This document shows positions 26,423 to 39,881 of a DNA stretch of 64,000 bases, one piece after another. The notes beneath the pieces were generated by a model. The model ran no database searches. It was not told the DNA's origin and was given only the letters and a program-made list of their open reading frames with translations. Positions within the stretch are counted from its first letter, which is position 1; each line of letters opens with the position of its first letter. The stretch spans positions 173,831,644-173,895,643 of the forward strand of contig NC_068981.1 in the NCBI RefSeq assembly GCF_001194135.2, given 5' to 3'. Both the position numbers and the translations under genes were made by a program. This DNA comes from Octopus bimaculoides. Its lineage: Eukaryota.

Positions 26423-28083
26423 TAAAATGAGTAATTGATATTGGATTGTTTTATTTCTTCATTTTCCATTTATTTATGATTAAACAGTTGACTAACTATG
26501 GCAACCGAGAGTGTTCCGAGTGAAAATGGGAAACTGCCTGTTCATCAACCCATTTCTGTTTCTTTACTTTGTAATCTCTTGATAGTGAAGATGTTGTAAT
26601 CAGATGTAAAGCAGGCACAGGTGTAGCCTTGCAGTTAAGAAGTTTGCCTCCTACCATTTGGTCTTAGGTTCTGTCCTGCTATGTGGCATCTTGAGCAAGT
26701 GTCTTCTACTATAGCTTCAGGTTGAACAAAGTCTTGTGATTGTGGTTGGATTTGGTAGATGGAAACTGGAAGAAGCTTATCGTGTGTGTTTGTATGTACC
26801 CTTGTCTTGACATCACATGACGATTGCAAACAAGTACCACTTTTATATGGGTCAGGTTGTTCTTTTGTAGTCTTCCATGCAAAACAAATCTGTTGAGAAA
26901 CTTATTCAACACAATGTAAAAGTGTTGTGTGTACACATAAACTTGATTATAGTGTTAGGTTTTTCTGTCAGAAAATATATTGAAGTCCTTACAAATTCTC
27001 AACTATTACAAGCAGTTATGAAATAATTATTATGAAATAAATAAATAATATATAAAATGCGATAATTTTGACTTATCTAATACCCATTTTCATATCAATA
27101 ATAGGAAAGCTTAAAATATGATGATAATGAGGATGATTAAGAAACTTTTATAGTGTGCAGTTACTGTTTTCTTAAAGAGTGTATGCTTGTGAAAATGTAT
27201 ATTATCATTAATATAAAGCAGCATATTTGCAATTATAGCACCTAGTTTTTTTTCTTCTACATTCTGACAAAAATTTTGTTTCCAATTCATCCAGGTTCAC
27301 TAAAATACCCACCAAGCATGCTCAACCTCACTCTATAAAAATTGCCTTTGTACTAATGTGAGACATTTTGAATGACAGATTCAGTAGAGCAATGAACAAA
27401 ATGCTTTGTGGAATTTAGTTATATTCTGAGTTCAAATCCAGCAGGGAATGTTTTTTCATTGTTGCAAAGTTTGATAAATTAAAGCACCAGTCAAGTACTG
27501 GTGTCTGTTTGATTGACTCAACTCTCACCCAGCAAAATGCATAAGCCTTGTAACAGTAATTATAATTGCAGTATGATAAAGAACATGAAAAGTAACAAAA
27601 ATATACCAAGGCCTCAACTTCATACACAGTCCAAAAATAACTCTGCTTGCTTCAGTAGATATTCTGCACAAGATAACTTCAATTCAGTATATCTTGGTTT
27701 GTCATTGTGTTTGTGCATATATATATATTATCATCATCATTGTCATTTAACGTTCGTTTTCCATGCTGGCATGGGTTGGATGGTTTGACTGATGTCTGGC
27801 AAGCCAGAAGGCTGCACCAGGCTCCAATCCAATCTGGCAATGTTTCTACAGCTGGATGCCCTTCCTAACACCAACTCATGCTGGCACCGCATAAAAAGCA
27901 CTCAGGCCAGCACCACTTCAAAGGCATTCATGCCAGTGCCATGTAAAAAGCACTTTTGCTGGCACCATGTTGATGCCACATAAAAAGCACCTATGTAAAG
28001 TGGTTGGCATTAGGAAGGGCATCCAACCATACAAACCTGTCCAACCCATGCCAGCATGGAAAACAGACATTTAATGATAATGA

Positions 28084-28449
<366 letters not shown>

Positions 28450-29619
28450 TGAGCTTTTATTGAAAATCTAACTAAAAATATTCTTTAGGTTAGCTCTATA
28501 AAATTCAGCGCATACTAAGTTAATCTGAGATGGCTTTGTTTGAGAGCTATAGTTTGCTGAATTAGTTGAGAACCAGAAAAACATGCAAATAGCCTCTGGT
28601 AAAATTATTTTAAATGTAACTCTGTGTTCTTCTTCTAACTGTAATTGAAGCACTGTTACTGCTTCATACAAACATTCTCGGCTGCATCCCAAAATGGATC
28701 AGGTTGATCCACTAAGATTTACTAAGTCCACCTGATGTATTGCATTACTACTTCTTGTCATCCTCAACAAAAGCCTCACATTTAACATTTTCTCCAAAAC
28801 TTCAGTCTCTTGGATTCTATTGCTGTTAATATTTTTGATTTAAATACCAATTTACTGAAATTTAAGATGATCTTTCAACTGCATCAATTTTCACCAATCT
28901 AGGAGATCCTACAAAAGTCATGAGTGTCATGTCCCTTTCCTCTGACTAAATCAGTGGTTCTTATAAAATTTTGCTGTTAAAATTTAAGTGCAATAAATTG
29001 GCTTATTTTCTACAATACACAAAAATACTTTCACAATTTTTTATACAATTCCTAATAATATTTAATTATATAAATATCATAGGATTTTGTTAAACATTGA
29101 ATGGGTATGCAGATCCAGTAGAGTAAAATAGGAATCAAAGGGGTCCATAGGCAAAAAAGGGTTGAGAACCACTGAACTAAATAATGAAATAAAAGCTGAT
29201 GAAATATTGTGGTTATATCCTGTAAGAACTTCATCCATTTTAGATGATAGAAACCTCTTTCTCTGGAATTAATAGTGCTAATTGTAGGGTCGTGTCAGAC
29301 AATTGATTCCAATTATCACATCAGTGTGAAATTTTTCTTTTTTTTTTTTCTTTAAAATATTGAATCAAGTCCTTTTAAGAATATAAATTTATTTTTTTTA
29401 CAATCTAGATAAGTTTTCAACAGAAAATATGTAAACAGATTAAGTGAAAACAAATACAGCTAAAGAACCTGTTTGTCTGTAACAGGAATTGTTGCAACTA
29501 GTATTAAAACTTGTTTTTGAAATCAAACGAATTATCTGAAAATTGCAATCACCAAAATGTTAAGTTTATATACATTAATTTACATTTGATGGATATTTGT
29601 CCTCATCTTGTTTGTTGTT

Positions 29620-29665
29620 AACACAATGTTTCGGCTGATATACCCTCCAGCCTTCATCAGGTGTC
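29620..29665 (-). ncRNA. Minimal type I hammerhead ribozyme motif (left arm, antisense)
   Basis: Reverse complement reads gacac-CUGAUGA-a-ggcug..cagcc-GAAA-CAUU-guguu. Confidence 0.6.
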
Positions 29666-29735
29666 TTGGGGAAATTTCAAACCTAGGTTCTCATTCCTAA
29701 GGTATTTTTTGATGTTATTATTATTATATGCCCAC

Positions 29736-29808
29736 GGGCATATGGTGTAGTGGTTAAGAGCGCGGGCTACTAACCCCAAGATTCCAAGTTCGATTCCAGG
29801 CAGTGACC
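29736..29808 (+). other. tRNA-derived (pseudo-tRNA / SINE head) sequence
   Basis: A box TGGTGTAGTGG 29743-29753; B box GTTCGATTCC 29788-29797; 7-nt loop CTACTAA closed by GGG/CCC; the acceptor stem does not pair, so not a functional tRNA. Confidence 0.7.
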
Positions 29809-29870
29809 TGAATAATAATAATATCGAAAACTACCTTAGGAATGAGAACCCAGGTTCGAAATTTCCCCAA

Positions 29871-29916
29871 GACACCTGATGAAGGCTGGAGGGTATATCA
29901 GCCGAAATGTTGTGTT
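29871..29916 (+). ncRNA. Minimal type I hammerhead ribozyme motif (right arm)
   Basis: gacac-CUGAUGA-a-ggcug(10-nt loop)cagcc-GAAA-UGUU-guguu; stem I gacac/gtgtt; inferred ancestral core GAAACGUU. Confidence 0.65.
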
Positions 29917-30003
29917 AACAACAAACAAGATGAAGACAAATATCCGTCAAATGTAAATAATGTACATAATTTCTCATCTCTTAAATATAGAATTGTATGT
30001 TAA

Positions 30004-30276
<273 letters not shown>

Positions 30277-30379
30277 AGACAAGGGATTTCACTGATGGTT
30301 GACTCTTCACTGTTTCTCATTTTCTTTCCCTTTATCTTCATATTTAAAAATTCAAGACATTGTAAAAGAAAAATGCTAA

Positions 30380-30385
30380 AATAAA
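30380..30385 (+). terminator. Candidate polyadenylation signal of PRPF4B
   Basis: AATAAA about 100 nt after the stop; further AATAAA exist downstream (e.g. 31865-31870), so actual usage is unknown. Confidence 0.45.
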
Positions 30386-32192
30386 AAAGTTCTTTTCACT
30401 TGTATAAAAAAAAAAAATTAAACCTCCAAGTAGTATTTGCTCTAAAAATAGTTGAACTGAATTGTTAATATTGAGCAATGCAAATGTTCATTAAATTGAG
30501 GTAAATATGCCAAACCCTTTTCACATTGTTGTTCTCTTTTTTGCATTTCAAAAATCTTTTTGTCTCTTACTTTATCTCTCATAGAAATGTTTACAGTGAA
30601 ACATATACTAGCTGAGCTATTCAAAAGTTCATATCTAGAAATTAAGACATCATATTTTATTCATGGTTTCTTTCTTTTGTTCTGATGTTCAATTTTTCCA
30701 CACTGGCACAAAGTGGACAATAATTATTGAAACAATTTTCTATGAATGGATGCTCTTCTTGTCAGAATCCTTGTTCTACAATTGTCTTTATTCCACTGGT
30801 TTTCACATGTTGAAACTACCAAGCAGTGAGAACATATTGCTTACAGAAGATGTAAACAAACATCATAATTTTTGCTTCAAAAGTGATAATATGATGACAT
30901 GGATACAAATGTGCATCTGTACACACACACACAATGGGTTTCCATACAATTTTTGTCCATATTTCACTCACAAGGCATTGGTCAACTCAAGGCTGTTGTA
31001 GAAGACACTTGCTCTTGGTGTCACACACTGAACTCAAAACAAAATTTTGCACCCACACAGCGCATACCTGTGCCTGTAATTATCATCATCCTTTTGCATC
31101 CACTTCCATGCTGGCATGGATTAGATGGGTTACTGCTGTTTTCCTAGATGGGTCAAAGAACTTTTAAGTTTTTTTTTAGAGTGGGGGGATGTCCTTTACA
31201 ACCTATTCACAGGGTGAATTGGGTGCATTATATCATGGCACCAGCACTAAAGAGGATAGGAGTGAAAAAGTGATGAATAGCAAGAAGCCTGTTCTGTCCT
31301 GGCTCTGTTTCTCTCTTTTGACTCCTCAGTCCATAGCATAACACAATTGTAGCTCTACTCAATTGAAAAGGATTGTAGCCTTGCAGGCTACACAACAACT
31401 TCACTAGTGCTGGTTCCATGAAAAAAAAGGCACTCAACACTCACACACACAATATAAAGTGGTTGGCATTAGGAATGGCATCCAGTCATAGTATCCATGC
31501 TAAAGCAGATATTAAAGTGCGATGCAATTTTTGGGCCCATCAGATTCTGTTAAATTGTCCAACTCATGCCAGCATAGAACCTAGATGTTAAAATGATAGG
31601 CTTTCTTAACATTAACCATTTGACAGAAATATGTTTGACAAATAGCTGGCTTCCTAGTTAAACTAATTCATAAGTACAATTGTTTTCTAATAAGAGTAGA
31701 GTAAAACCAATAAATTGCTGCTAACTTACTGCTGGTAATTATTTTATCAACTCTTGTAAGAATTAAATACAAAGTTAACGCTAAAAACATTTGATCCCAC
31801 AAACAGGAGACACCAAACTAGATGTGAAAAAATTTCTCTAGTGATCTGTTCTATTTAGATTTTTAATAAAGATTTCTTGTATGAGAAATTTTAAACTGAA
31901 ATATATGTACCTTTCCTAAGGCTTTAAGCAATGTGAAAGAAGTGCACTTGATTTGAGTAATGTAATAAGTTTTTACCTTTTACTTGTTTTGGTCATTGGA
32001 GTACAACCATGCTGGGGTACTGCCTTGAAGGTTTTAATTCACACAAATTTATCTCAATACTTATCTAAGCCTGGTAATAAAATGTTTTAATATATTTGCT
32101 GATATGACTTGATAGTGCACAGTCTTGTACCAAGTTCTTAACAAATTTGAGGGGAAAAAAAAAAGAGAAAATTTATGAATACATAAATATAA

Positions 32193-32198
32193 TTTATT
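32193..32198 (-). terminator. Candidate polyadenylation signal of SURF1
   Basis: AATAAA on the minus strand beginning 7 nt after the stop codon. Confidence 0.5.
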
Positions 32199-32204
32199 CA
32201 AACA

Positions 32205-32313
32205 CTATGAAAATTTTCTTGAATTAATTACTATATCAGCAGGGCGCTGAGGAGGTGGGGGTCGGCGAAACATACGGTACCACATCCATGCAGTTATAGC
32301 ACTTAATGTGTAC
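32205..32313 (-). CDS. SURF1: SURF1 exon 9 (TM2 and C-tail, stop)
   Basis: (W)YTLSAITAWMWYRMFRRPPPPQRPADIVINSRKFS-stop (TAG at 32205-32207); total CDS 897 nt. Confidence 0.95.
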
Positions 32314-33599
32314 CTGTGGGCAAAAAAAAATATATTAGTAAACAATTTTTAAATGCAAACACTTAACATGCATTAAAATTATATCATCATCATTCTCATT
32401 TTTGTATGATAATATTCAGGAGGCTGTTGTCTTTAGGTTTACATTATCAGAAATAACTATAAACCCCTATGTGTTTTGTTTTGCTTTCCTTTTGATCTCC
32501 AGTACTTTTCAATATCTAAGATACTGCATCAAAAGTTGCTTTTAGGAGATAATCTATCCTAATTTTAATTTCTGTCTTGGCCAGCCAGCCAGTTATTAGA
32601 GTGTCTGTAGAGTTGCTACAACTAGTTTAAATATATATGTGTATGTGTGTGTGTTTCAGCAGATCATTGCTATGTAAGAAATCATAAAGCATCACAGTTT
32701 GTACACAAGCATTTTGTTTTTCTCTCTGACAGAAAGTTTTTGTTATCAACAGAAGTACTAGCTCCCTGAACTTTCTCCAGTTCCTTATTACTCAAGCTAT
32801 TATACTTCTAGGGTACCTTCCATTGCTAATTAGGTTACCTAGATAATGAAAGCTATTAACGATTCATAGGAGTCCTTCCAAGCATTTGAAAGAATCTATT
32901 TCCTGTGTGCTCTTAATGTTTATTGTCCCTATGTATCTGTCACACTTTCTAACTGGGATCCAACTGTACCAACAGTTCGGTATCTGTATGGAATTACCCC
33001 CGACTCCTTTTCTCCATATCAAGCAGGGCCATTTCCTTGAAGGTAAAAGGGTCCTTTCTGCTTACTAATACCCTACACTTTGCTAAGTTTACTTTGAGGC
33101 TTCTCAATTCTAGGTTTTGTTTCCATTTACACATTTACACACACAATATATATTGGCATCATTTTAACCTTGACTTTTCCCTGATCACATGAATTAAATG
33201 GAATTTGTTGTGGTGGATTTTCTATGGCTGGATGTCTTTCCTGTCACCAACCCTCACCTGTTTCCAAGTAAGGTGATATTTCCAGATATGCTTTTATGGA
33301 AGATTAGAAAGGAAGTGCATTACTTGCATGACGATGACATTTGCTTACAACCACCATGCATGTCAAGGCAAAGAATCAGTAACACACATATAGATGGGCT
33401 TCTTTCAGTTTCCATCTCCCAAATTCACTCAAGGTTTTGGTTGTTCTGGGGCTATAGTAAAAGACACTTGCACAAGGTGTCACACAGTGGGGCTGAACCC
33501 CCAAACCACACCATGTGATTGGGAAGCAACCATCTTTCCTCCCACACACACACATACATATATCGTTTTGTTTTTCAGTGCAAAAATCAGCGCAGTGGT

Positions 33600-34000
33600 A
33601 GCAGTGTGTATAGTCTATTGTATCTGGTGTAGTTACTTTGATTACAAATCCATACTAGAACATTTCATAGGAGAATGTTACAAGTCTCTTACAAGGATCA
33701 TCGTACAAATGAATGGGTGTAACAACAACTAGGTAAAAGATGACAACTGAACATTGTGAAAAAACAAAAGCTCATCTATTATAGTCATATTTGAACAAGG
33801 AATTCTGGAAAACATTACCAAGGAAGGAAGAGTAGAGGGTAGTAGATCAAGAGGCAGGCAAAGAACGCAATGGATGGACAATATCATAAGCTGGTTGGAC
33901 AAGAGTGGCAATGCAGCTGGAGGACTTGTGCTTAATCCAGAAGACTTTTGTTTATAGTGCCATCTATGCACTGCAGGCATACAATACATGATGACAATGA
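33600..34000 (+). mobile_element. Decayed RTE-like LINE 3' coding remnant
   Basis: Broken frames read RRMLQVSYKDHRTNEWV...IVKKQKLIYYSHI...KSRG..RQ, resembling an RTE C-terminus. Confidence 0.5.
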
Positions 34001-34189
34001 CAACAAGCATTTCTTACAGCCATCTTCATAACAACACAACCAGTGCTGTAAATTTCTAACCTTAATACCACAAACACACTAACTTGACATTAGATTTCCT
34101 TCTTTTTGTAATATAAACTATAAGAAAAATAACAAATTTACTGTCCCATATGTTTAACGGAAGTGGATCATGTCAATACTCAAACTCAC

Positions 34190-34271
34190 CATGTAAATAT
34201 GTAAGTCAGGTGTTCATTTCTGAGAGTAACTTTTGTTTGTCCACCAAGTGGGCCACCAGGCACTGTGCTGT
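34190..34271 (-). CDS. SURF1: SURF1 exon 8
   Basis: [26 protein letters not shown], containing the GGP.GGQT..TLRNEH signature; CAG/GTGAGT. Confidence 0.98.
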
Positions 34272-35000
34272 CTGTTGGCAAAAATAATGAAAAGGCATAT
34301 TTCAAATGAAATGGTAATTAATTACAATGTGTGAATGAATGATAAGCGTATTAATAACCAGAATTTTTACCAACATTGTAATGTAATTACATGAAATAAA
34401 GTTGGAAAAATGAAAGAAAAAGAAGACATTGTTGCTTTTGTTTACAGGAATAATCTATAATCTACTGAGTCAACAAATAGCCTGTGTGGTCACTCAACCT
34501 ATAAGAACCAGTAATCAATCTCTTTGGAAGCCTATAAGCAATTATACCGTTATTCACAAAGTGCAATAAAAAATAGAAGTACTACTGCTTGCCGTGTATC
34601 TTAGACCTTAGAATTATATCGTCTTTTAATTTTCAGATGTTAACAAAAGATGATTGTGGTGGTCTACCTGATAACATTGATGGATTGTTAAATCATAATT
34701 TACCATTTTTCATGGGTATCAAAGCATTTTTCTTTTAACCCTTTAGCATTCAGATTACTCTGTCAAATGTAATGCTTATTTATTCATTGTTTTCAAGTAA
34801 TCATGCATTATCTTGTAGCTTCAAGATTTCAATGATGAGATTGCTTATCTTTAGAAAGACATTGTAGGGTAGGTGTGAGAGGTTGGATCTGACCAGTTTG
34901 AATGCAAAACAGGTAGAATATTTGGGCTGGATATAACCAGTTTAGATGCTAAAGAGTTGAACACTCTTCTGATAATTGTTACCATCATGAAAATACTTAC

Positions 35001-35118
35001 GAATATCTGCATCAATGAAGACTGGTGAGCTTCCGCAAGCCTCTGCCATAGACTCTATATCACGTAACATCCAGTAACCATGTGTTTTAGGATCATTACT
35101 TGGGGTCATCATTCTTGG
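35001..35118 (-). CDS. SURF1: SURF1 exon 7
   Basis: PRMMTPSNDPKTHGYWMLRDIESMAEACGSSPVFIDADI; TAG/GTAAGT. Confidence 0.95.
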
Positions 35119-36760
35119 CTACAAGAACATAAAAAAAAGAGAAAAATAATATAAGTCAACCTAGTTTTTAATCTTCAGGGAAAGGGCAGACAGACATTAT
35201 TATGCGGTTAATATGTACAATCATGATTATGGTTAAAAAGTTTTCTTTGCAATCATATGCTTCTAGATTCAATTCCATTGCACAGTACCCTAGAACAGTG
35301 TCTTCTACCAAAAGCCATGGGTTGGTCAATGTCTTGTAATTGAGATTCAATAGGCAGGAACTATATAGAAGCCATATATGTGTATATCTTTAAGTAAACC
35401 AATAAACTGGTGCTTGCAAACAAAAATTCCTTCAGCAAGCTGGCAGAATTGTTAGCATGGCAAGCGAAATGCTTAGCAGCATTTTATCTGTCTTTGTATT
35501 CTGAGTTCAAATTCCGCCAGGGCCGAGATAATTCATGAGCCTCCTACCCTGAAATTGCTGGCCTTGTGCCAAAATTTGGAATTTAATATTTTCAATACCC
35601 TAATAACACAGACAATTCCTTATCATTTTTACCATCAAGAACCAGTAATCAATCCCTTTGGAAACCGATAACTAATTATACTGTTATTCACGGAGTGCAA
35701 TGAAAATTACAAAAACCACTGCTTGTCATGTATCTTAGATTTTAAACCTAATTAAAAAATAATTATTGCTTTCTAGCATGGATCTCAAACACTAACATAG
35801 CTAGAGGTGTGCCGCCTGGGGTAGCCTTTCAGTTTGCTGCCCCCGGATGCCACAAAAATCACACATTGCCTACAGCAGATCCAAAAGTAGTGCCCCTTTA
35901 CAAGTACTGCCTGGGGCAAGGTGACTATTTTGAAGTAAATGATGTTAAATCTTAGGTAAATAAGTTATTTTTTATTAAACACAACTAGTCTATGCCAGTG
36001 GGTGTAACCAGCCCATTTATGAATACCTCTCATTCATTGGACAATAAACTTTGCTTGTGAAGATCTATTGAGGCAAATGAAATCAAAATCGGTGACGTGG
36101 CCGATGATAGTACCACCTGATTGGCACTCGTGCCAGTGGAACGTTATTGCTACCACTTAGACCAGACAGTTTGAAGTCTACATCGGTTCATCCATTTAAT
36201 ACAAACTACTTATATAATTTCAGTAGCTGTTTTTTCCAGTTTTAACAGAAGCAATGCGTGGACCATGTGGGCAGTCATATGTACCCCAGGAAAGGGGGTC
36301 TTCTGCTCCCAGGGGCCCCATTACTCATTATGTGAAAAATTTTAGGAGTCTAAAACCATCTCTGGAACACAAGTAATGTGTTCCCAGTTTGGAGAAAATC
36401 AGTTGCAAACTTCAGAAGTTCTGTGGGTTTACACACACACATCCTCAGTTTTATATCTATAAAGAGGTAGAGAAATTAACATTAGTATGTCATCAAGAGT
36501 AATGTCCCTTTAACCAATGAAGCTACCAAGTTACATGATCATTTGTATTGTTTACCCAGGAAAGAGGGTTTTCTGCCCCCAGGGGCAGAATTTCCAGTAT
36601 CTAAAACCATCTCTGGAACATAAGTAATGTATGTCCCCAGTCTCGAGAAAATCAGTTGCAAACTTCATAAGTTTTACAGGTTTACACACACACACACACA
36701 TCCATCCCCAGTTTTATATATATTATGACATATTTCAACATACAAACAAGTTTTACTTAC

Positions 36761-36808
36761 AGGGTCAGTGCGACGTACTACACCAACTATTTCTACCTCA
36801 TCTTCGAT
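36761..36808 (-). CDS. SURF1: SURF1 exon 6
   Basis: IEDEVEIVGVVRRTDP; CAG/GTAAGT; phase 0-0. Confidence 0.93.
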
Positions 36809-38652
36809 CTGAAATGAATTAATTTTATTACAAGATAATGTCATGTAACATTAAACAAGAAATGAGGTAGTTGTTTAAGCTCAGGTCAACATTCATTAAT
36901 GTGTTATGAAAATAACGAATAAACAATTCAGCAATGATTGGATAACAAGTGAGGAAATAATTTTATATTGCTATGAAATAAAAATTTTATAACTGATACA
37001 GAACCAAAATAGAAACCAATTTTCCATGTATGCTGTGTGCACATGCACAAATTTTACAACTGGTGCACAAAGAGAAAGAATATGGGCACCCAGGGTTTTC
37101 AAGATGAAAAATGTATTTTTTAATTGAAAGAATTCATCATGTAATTTCATAATAAAATCTTTAAGATAAAGTGCATTTGCTTAGGTGATCAATATGATAT
37201 TGAAATAATGGCTATTTGTATGAATGAGCACATACTTCACAAAAAAACCCCCAAAATTCGCACCAACAAATTTCTATACACACACACACACACACAGCAA
37301 AAAGTTAGAGGGAACAATGGTGGAAAATTTTTTAAAGCTGTACATATAACACTTGCTGGTAACCCAATCAATAAGCCCAGCATTAACATCAGCTCAATGT
37401 GGCAACCTTTTCTCAATGATTAATTTAAATACACTAAAATTGTAACTTTAATTGTACATGCATCACGGACTAGTGAATAAGAGCAAGTGGTATTACCCTT
37501 ATTTCTAAAAATAAAACTTCCTAGTACTGGTATTTATGTACACATTCAGAAATAAGACACATTGAAAGATTAATGATCAAAACTTAAAGTACATGATAAT
37601 ATATTTTTAATCACTAAGATCAGGCTAATCATCTGAAAAATTATAATCTTATTAGCTTGTCTTAGACATTTAGATATTTATTCAGTTTTGCTTTTACCAA
37701 CAGTAAAATTTAAATGCAGGCTTGAACAACAACAAGGTGATTTATAGTTTAAAAAATGACATAACAGAACAAATTAGATGGAAATATTAAGATTGCTTGT
37801 TATCATTAAGTTTGTCTTTTGAAAATCTTGTTTGAAATATCAGACAAACTATCAGAATATTTAAAAAAAGACTCAACTATTTGATCCAAGAAGCAATCAA
37901 TACATCAGTTTTATCCTTTCCACTCAACAGAATACCTAATTCCATATAACCCTCACATTCATCAGTTATAAAAGCAAGATAACAGTTTATTTTAACCTTT
38001 TAGTATTCAGATTACTGTCAAATGTCATGCTTATTAACATTCTTTTGAATTAATTACGCATTATGTCATAGCTTTGAGATTTCAATGATGTGATTATTTA
38101 TTTTCAGAATGACATTGTAGGGTAGGTATGAGAGACCAGATCTGGCCAGTTTCAACATAAAACAGCAAGAAAATATTGCCTGGATATGGTTGATTTAAAT
38201 GCTAAAGGGTTAAACTCCCTTGATATTTATGGAATGAGACGACTGGGTGCAATTGTTTGGATGCTGACAATTTGGCATGATTGACTGGACATTGAACCTG
38301 TTTTGGTGGTGGCTATTTTTGGCACTGGAGACAAACACAAGCTCACACCCACATGCATAAATATACATACACTGACAGAGAGTGGGAGATAGAGAGACAT
38401 TACAATTTAATTCTATTCAACCCAATTAACATAAACACCTCCCTTCTCCTCACATACACGAAATGGAGAGAGAGAGGTGTTTGTAAAAAGAGGGGGTCAC
38501 ACCATACATCTTGATGTTTCTCTCTGATTTTTCTGCTCACAGTGACAAAATCTCAATCCCTTCTCAGTTCTACTTTGTCCAAGATGTACAGGAATTCCGT
38601 GTGAGAAATTCACCCTTTTCTACATTTCATCTATATTTCACCAACCATTATG

Positions 38653-39030
38653 TACTCTTTACTTGTTTCAGTCATTTGACTGCGGCCATGCTGGAGCACC
38701 GCCTTTAGTCGAGCAAATCGACCCCAGGACTTATTCTTTGAAAGTCTAGTACTTATTCTATCGGTCTCTTTTTACCAAACCGCTAAGTTACGGGGACGTA
38801 AACACACCAGCATCGGTTGTCAAGCGATGGTGGGGGGACACAGACACACAAACACACATACATACATATATATATATACATATATACGATGGGCTTCTTT
38901 CAGTTTCCGTCTACCAAATCCACTCACAAGGCTTTGGTCGGCCTGAGGATATAGTAGGTGCCAGGCAGTGGAACTGAACCCAGAACCATGTGGTTGGTAA
39001 ACAAGCTACTTACCACACAGCCACTCCTGC
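38653..39030 (-). mobile_element. tRNA-derived SINE, family A, near-intact copy
   Basis: Reverse complement of the 13975-14378 copy along its whole length. Confidence 0.85.
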
Positions 39031-39323
39031 GCCTATGTACATAAAGTGAAGCAGAAAGTTAAATGAAGTTTAGTAGTTGTGATTGTAAAATAGTTGTCAA
39101 CTAGAAGAAAAGCAAAATTTTCCCAGTGCCAAATGGTTCTGGGTACAAAATGTCTGAAGTCAAATAAGTCAGTTTTGAATCACTAATGCCAAATAGGTAG
39201 GACCAAAACAGCTGTGTCAAAGTGTCTCCTATCTTGATATTTAACAACTCCTATTTTTTAACAAGGAATTTTGTATTGACTTTTCCAATAATCATTGAAA
39301 ATTTCACTAAATTTACACATTAC

Positions 39324-39396
39324 CTGCCCTTTTGGTCTGGTTGCAGGAGATTTCTTTTTCATAGGTATCCAGCCTCTATTCACCATAATAATCATA
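39324..39396 (-). CDS. SURF1: SURF1 exon 5
   Basis: MIIMVNRGWIPMKKKSPATRPKGQ, containing the VNRGW signature; CAG/GTAATG. Confidence 0.97.
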
Positions 39397-39881
39397 CTGA
39401 AAAAAAAAATTGACAGTAAAAACAAACTAAAATATATATAAATGTAAGATAGGAACGTAAAGTAACAGCTGTTGAATTAATTTCCTTGCATATTAACTCA
39501 TAATCAAAAGGAATTTTTTTTCTTTACGGAAATAAACTGTATTTTCATGCTTGACATCAACTCTGAAAAAGTCAACAATATCGTGATGGCACCTGTGCCC
39601 AGCGTCGCCTTTCTGGCACTTGTGCCCGTGGCATGTGTAAGGACTTTTGAGCGAGATCGTTGCCAGTGCCGCTGGACTGGCTCTTGTGCAGGTGGCACGT
39701 AAAATACACCATTTCGAGCGTGGCCGTTGCCAGTACCGCCTGACTGGCCTTCGTGCTGGTGGCACATAAAAGCACCCACTACACTCTCGGAGTGGTTGGC
39801 GTTAGGAAGGGCATCCAGCTGTAGAAACTCTGCCAAATCAGATTGGAGCCTGGTGTAGCCATCTGGTTTCACCAGTCCTCA

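Larger units (their letters stand above)
29571..29964. mobile_element. Foldback element: about 155-bp inverted arms flanking a tRNA-derived core
   Basis: 29571-29725 is the reverse complement of 29811-29964 with few mismatches; the centre carries Pol III A and B boxes. Confidence 0.85.

Noticed and set aside
29736-29808. Functional tRNA with ACT anticodon
   Set aside because: The acceptor stem cannot pair and the anticodon stem is only 3 bp; it is a tRNA-derived promoter.
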